Source: a virus (taxonomy: Duplodnaviria > Caudoviricetes). Taken from it: a stretch of DNA of 64,000 nt. Below, one piece after another: positions 60,513-64,000 of this stretch. The notes below the pieces were generated by a model. That model saw only the letters and a program-made list of their open reading frames with translations. It searched no databases and was not told the origin of the DNA. The stretch is taken from IMG/VR virus record IMGVR_UViG_3300033070_001161, positions 17,222-81,221 of that record; one strand, given 5' to 3'. The translations under genes and the position numbers were made by a program. Numbering within the stretch: the first letter of the stretch is position 1; every line of letters begins with the position of its first letter.

Positions 60513-60858
60513 CATTTATACTTATACTTTCATATAAGATTAGACCATATCTTTATTTCAGAACTTCGTATTGAAACAAGAAGCACCATCTGTATATTTT
60601 TTATTAAATAAAAAATACAGATGGGTGAAATATTCGGCTTTTCCAAATAATAAAATAAATTATTAAATGTACTCCCTTGCGGGATGGTCGTTGCTCCTTC
60701 TTCCTATTAGGAAGCTTGGATCAGGATTTCCCAATTTTTAATCTTTTTACTATACTGATTTGATTAGAATCACCATATATTACATTGCTGTATATATTTA
60801 GTAATTAAAACTTTAGGGGTTTCCCTGAGTTAACCGAATTTTAAAACACCAATTGTTT
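60513..60858 (-). mobile_element. ORF-less group I self-splicing intron (346 nt) in the DNA polymerase gene
   Basis: Exon end AAACACU pairs with intron GGUGUUU (P1 with U.G at the splice site) and the intron ends in G. Core-like elements are AATCCTGATCCAAGC, GGAGCAACGAC and AAGATATGGTCTA, with a P9 hairpin CTTATAT-GAAA-GTATAAG. Confidence 0.92.
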
Positions 60859-62163
60859 AGTGTTTGACATAATACATTGATTTCCAGCTAATTCTTGGTC
60901 TTCGATTAGCATAAGAATTGACATTTCTCCGGCTATACATACATTAAGTCTTGCTTGTGGATCATACATCCAGTTAGTCATATCACCCATTTTACCATAT
61001 GCAGCGTTACCAGCTTCCTTATATCCTCCAACAATACCTTTAATTTTTCTATCTTTTTTAGCTTGCGGTTTAAGAGATTCTCTCTCATTTACCACCCAAC
61101 TATAGGCATTGATAAAAGCATCTTTATTTAAGTGAGCAGGGGAAAATCTGTTATTTATAATTGTTCTTGGATAATAACCCGTTACATCCGAATCTATAAT
61201 AATATATTCTTCATCGGAATGATATTGCTTATTTTCAATAACGTTATGTATACCACCTAAAGCAAAAGTATGCACCTGATCAAATAGTTTTACAGATTCT
61301 TCAAATTCCTCTGTAGCTCCTATTTTCTTTGCTTTCATTCTTTTTAAAAACTCCTGTAATTCAGGTGTTTTAAAAGATACATATTTAGGAATACCCCATT
61401 TAAATTCTACGAATTTCCTAAATGTTCCTTTTTTAGGAAGATTTCCATAAGATATATTAGCTTGTTCACAATAGAGTTTTTTAATTATTTCATCACCAAA
61501 TTTTGAATTTGAGTGATTTAAACAATTAAATCCAAATTTTTCAGATATTGCTTCTCTTATTTCTATTTGATTATTACCTTTATATATAGTGTTATCAACC
61601 TCACCTATTACATAGAGATAATTCCTGTAAGTATTAAGTACATCATTATGGCAATAATAAATAAGGTCTTCCACCTCTTCATGAGTAAAATCTTCTTTTA
61701 AATGGCTGATTTGCATGTCTCTGACATCTTCTGCATCCATTTCATATTCAAGTCTTTTTAATCCCACTCTTCGATTTTTATTGTCAAAGTGTTGAATTTT
61801 AAAAACGTCAATAGGTTTAAAAGTTAATTGATCCTCACGGAAAGGCGGAAAACCTCCATTATTAGTTGCGTCTATTACGTCTTGAGCATATTCCCATATT
61901 AGTGCAGCAATCTCCCTACCTGATAATTTTTCCCATTTTTCATAATTTCTATAAATCCATTCGATCACTTGACCATCAAATGTTAAATTATTAAATCCTA
62001 CAAAATAATAATAGCTATTATCATCTAAAAACTTAATAAGTTTATATAAATCATTTTGATATTGATTTATAATAAAATCAATCCACTTTCCTGTTTCAGG
62101 AACAAACACACTTATTAAAAAACAACCTTTTGGGGTTTCTATATCATGCACTAATATCTTCAT
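60859..62163 (-). CDS. Family B DNA polymerase, exon 1
   Basis: Exonuclease motifs VHDIET, VGFNNLTFD and YCHNDV; polymerase motifs IDSDVTGYYP, YKEAGNAAYGK and SNT. The spliced product is 655 aa. Confidence 0.9.
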
Positions 62164-62166
62164 GTT

Positions 62167-63033
62167 CTATGCTTTTACTAATTTTTCTAATGCTTCAAGC
62201 TCATACGTATCCATATCATCAAACTCAACACCCTCATCATTAATTTTATCACATAAATTAATAAATTCATCTACATTTTTAAAATTACCAGAGCTTAATA
62301 CTTTTGTCATTAATTTCTGAATATCATTGATAATATCATAACCATACTCGTTTATAATTCTCATTAATGAATTTAAACATTCAGCACTATCATTATTTTT
62401 AAGTATATCAATAAATACACGAGCTTGTGCCTTTTTCATTTCAACGCTACCACATCCAAAACTTACTGTATCTTTTGTTACAGTGACAGAATGACCTTCT
62501 ACTGTTACCATTTTATAGGCATCAATAATAGCAATCTGTCTTTTATCTTTTACAATTTCAAATGTAGAGAAACCAAAAGCATCTTTTATTGTTTGTTTTG
62601 TCTCATCCCAATCTTGTTCTTCATATGTTGGGAATCCTTCAAAATAACCAGCATTATCGTTTTTTTCAGCTAAATTTGTTCCAGCCAATATTGCAGCTTC
62701 ACCATTAGCATAAACATCTATAACTACACCACAACATTTTGCGGCATTACCCCTCACACCTTTTCTAGTAGCGATAAAATAATCACCACCTTTAATTTTT
62801 ATCACTTCAGGTTTTTTCTCTACTACTGCTTTTTTTGCAGGAGCAATATAAGCATCAAATCTACTAGCATCTACCCACAATCCTGTAGTACCTGTACCAC
62901 TTACATATATATAATCTACATTAGCTTGTAATACTTTACCGACCCATCCGGGTTTTGTAATATTGTAGCATTTTGCATTTTTGTTACCAATCACTCGATC
63001 ACCCACTTTAAATTTTGCAACTTTTTTTGCCAT
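62167..63033 (-). CDS. Hypothetical protein
   Basis: 288 aa; the N-terminal FKVGDRV segment is suggestive of an SH3/KOW-like fold. Confidence 0.55.
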   Translation of the reverse strand: MAKKVAKFKVGDRVIGNKNAKCYNITKPGWVGKVLQANVDYIYVSGTGTTGLWVDASRFDAYIAPAKKAVVEKKPEVIKIKGGDYFIATRKGVRGNAAKCCGVVIDVYANGEAAILAGTNLAEKNDNAGYFEGFPTYEEQDWDETKQTIKDAFGFSTFEIVKDKRQIAIIDAYKMVTVEGHSVTVTKDTVSFGCGSVEMKKAQARVFIDILKNNDSAECLNSLMRIINEYGYDIINDIQKLMTKVLSSGNFKNVDEFINLCDKINDEGVEFDDMDTYELEALEKLVKA

Positions 63034-63051
63034 TTTAAAAATTTTTAATCA

Positions 63052-63399
63052 TTAATTAATTTTTGCATATATTTTGTCCACATAATCAGGAAAATAATTG
63101 AGAAGACAGGGACAAAGCCATCCTTCAATATCAGTGCCATCTAATAAATACATTCCTTCTACATCGGAATCTTTAATTCTACTCAAACTGAGTGTAAAAT
63201 TAGGAATAATATCTTTAGAAATATAAATTTCTAATGATTTTTTACCATTTGAAAACATGTCTATCACAGTATTCACGTCTCCTACAAATGGCTCAGCTAC
63301 AATACCTAGATCATCATCATCAAATGACCATACGCCATACTTGTTTCTTTTTGGATAAATTACATTTACTTGATTATTACTTTTTGTTTTTACGCTCAT
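63052..63399 (-). CDS. Conserved phage protein (DUF6717-like)
   Basis: IYP.R..YGVWSFDD..LG...EPFVG...ID...GWLCPCLL.YF. Confidence 0.6.
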   Translation of the reverse strand: MSVKTKSNNQVNVIYPKRNKYGVWSFDDDDLGIVAEPFVGDVNTVIDMFSNGKKSLEIYISKDIIPNFTLSLSRIKDSDVEGMYLLDGTDIEGWLCPCLLNYFPDYVDKIYAKIN

Positions 63400-63404
63400 A
63401 ATTT

Positions 63405-63698
63405 TTAATTAATATATAAAGAAAATTCATCAACTGTTTCAGATATAGATACAATTCTGTTTGCTTTAATGCAAGCTGAAAGCCAATTACATTCTTTTTC
63501 TGTAGCAGGTTCATATTCTGTATCAGGTCCGGAATTTTCATTAAAGCTACAACTAAGAAGATTGGCATCTTCTAAATCTGTAAAACTTTTCAGTTTTATA
63601 CATTTAGTATGTCCTTTACCATTTACCATAGGTACAATGTAATGCTGTTTTTGCCAAACTACCCTATATATTCCGTTAAGGTCATTACTATGTTTCAT
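63405..63698 (-). CDS. Hypothetical protein
   Basis: 97 aa, ends FSLYIN. Confidence 0.55.
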   Translation of the reverse strand: MKHSNDLNGIYRVVWQKQHYIVPMVNGKGHTKCIKLKSFTDLEDANLLSCSFNENSGPDTEYEPATEKECNWLSACIKANRIVSISETVDEFSLYIN

Positions 63699-63978
63699 TT
63701 TCTGTGTTTATGGTGTTTAAAACTTTATTTCCATCAATATACTTGTCACAATCGGGGCAGTACTTTGGTGCATTATCGTGGAAGAAGTAGGCGTTTTTAT
63801 GGTCGCACTCGGTTTCTTCAATGTACTCGCAGTGTTCCCCGCATTTGGGGCAGAGTTCTTGTTGTTCGTATGTTATCCAGTCATCAACAATAAATGAAAT
63901 GTGGTGACTTACATTTCCATTCTCCCCGCAGCAGTTACTTACTTTCATTGGTAAAGGTTTTGGTGTAGTATGCTTCAC
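63688..63978 (-). CDS. Small Cys-rich (zinc-ribbon) protein
   Basis: SNCCG, CPKCGEHC, CDH and CPDC motifs. The start is uncertain (GTG at 63978 or an internal ATG). Confidence 0.6.
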   Translation of the reverse strand: MKHTTPKPLPMKVSNCCGENGNVSHHISFIVDDWITYEQQELCPKCGEHCEYIEETECDHKNAYFFHDNAPKYCPDCDKYIDGNKVLNTINTENET

Positions 63979-64000
63979 AAGTTGATTGATGATTTGGCCT

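Noticed and set aside
59850-60515. A separate gene starting MDGATFL
   Set aside because: The G of this ATG is the terminal G of the intron; the ORF is exon 2 of the polymerase.
60586-60624. Long inverted repeat as a terminator
   Set aside because: It lies inside the polB intron between core elements and is better explained as a peripheral intron stem.
1-64000. Stop-codon reassignment, tRNA genes, integrase
   Set aside because: Genes are full length and tightly packed in the standard code. No tRNA-like cloverleaf or recombinase motif was seen in the few intergenic gaps (checked by eye only).

Overview
An internal 64 kb segment of an AT-rich crAss-like (Crassvirales-type) bacteriophage genome, read in the standard genetic code. 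The host is most likely a member of Bacteroidota, because several TTTG-N20-TAnnTTTG promoters are present. Two convergent gene blocks meet at a bidirectional terminator near 33.1 kb. The + strand block (1-33079) is the virion block. It encodes a 5'-truncated giant virion RNA polymerase (DFDID motif) with a C-terminal macrodomain, a second giant ejection-type protein apparently split by a GIY-YIG gene, an HNH gene, fibre proteins, a PL9-like beta-helix, and glycosyl- and methyltransferases. The - strand block (33113-64000) encodes more glycan-modifying enzymes, nucleotide-pool enzymes, RecA, nucleases, UDG, primase, a putative SSB/annealing protein, an AAA ATPase, helicases and a family B DNA polymerase. 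Highlights are: (1) an apparently complete phage-encoded ubiquitin-like conjugation cassette (Ubl with Gly76 plus extension, E2-like, JAB, E1/ThiF); (2) two group I introns whose splicing restores conserved motifs in DnaB and PolB; (3) a dispersed glycosylation toolkit around a very Ser/Thr-rich fibre; (4) a shared N-terminal peptide, MGAKG(E/D)(V/I)K, on three replication/recombination proteins; (5) a macrodomain fused to the injected RNAP. All family calls come from motif recognition by eye; no database searches were run.
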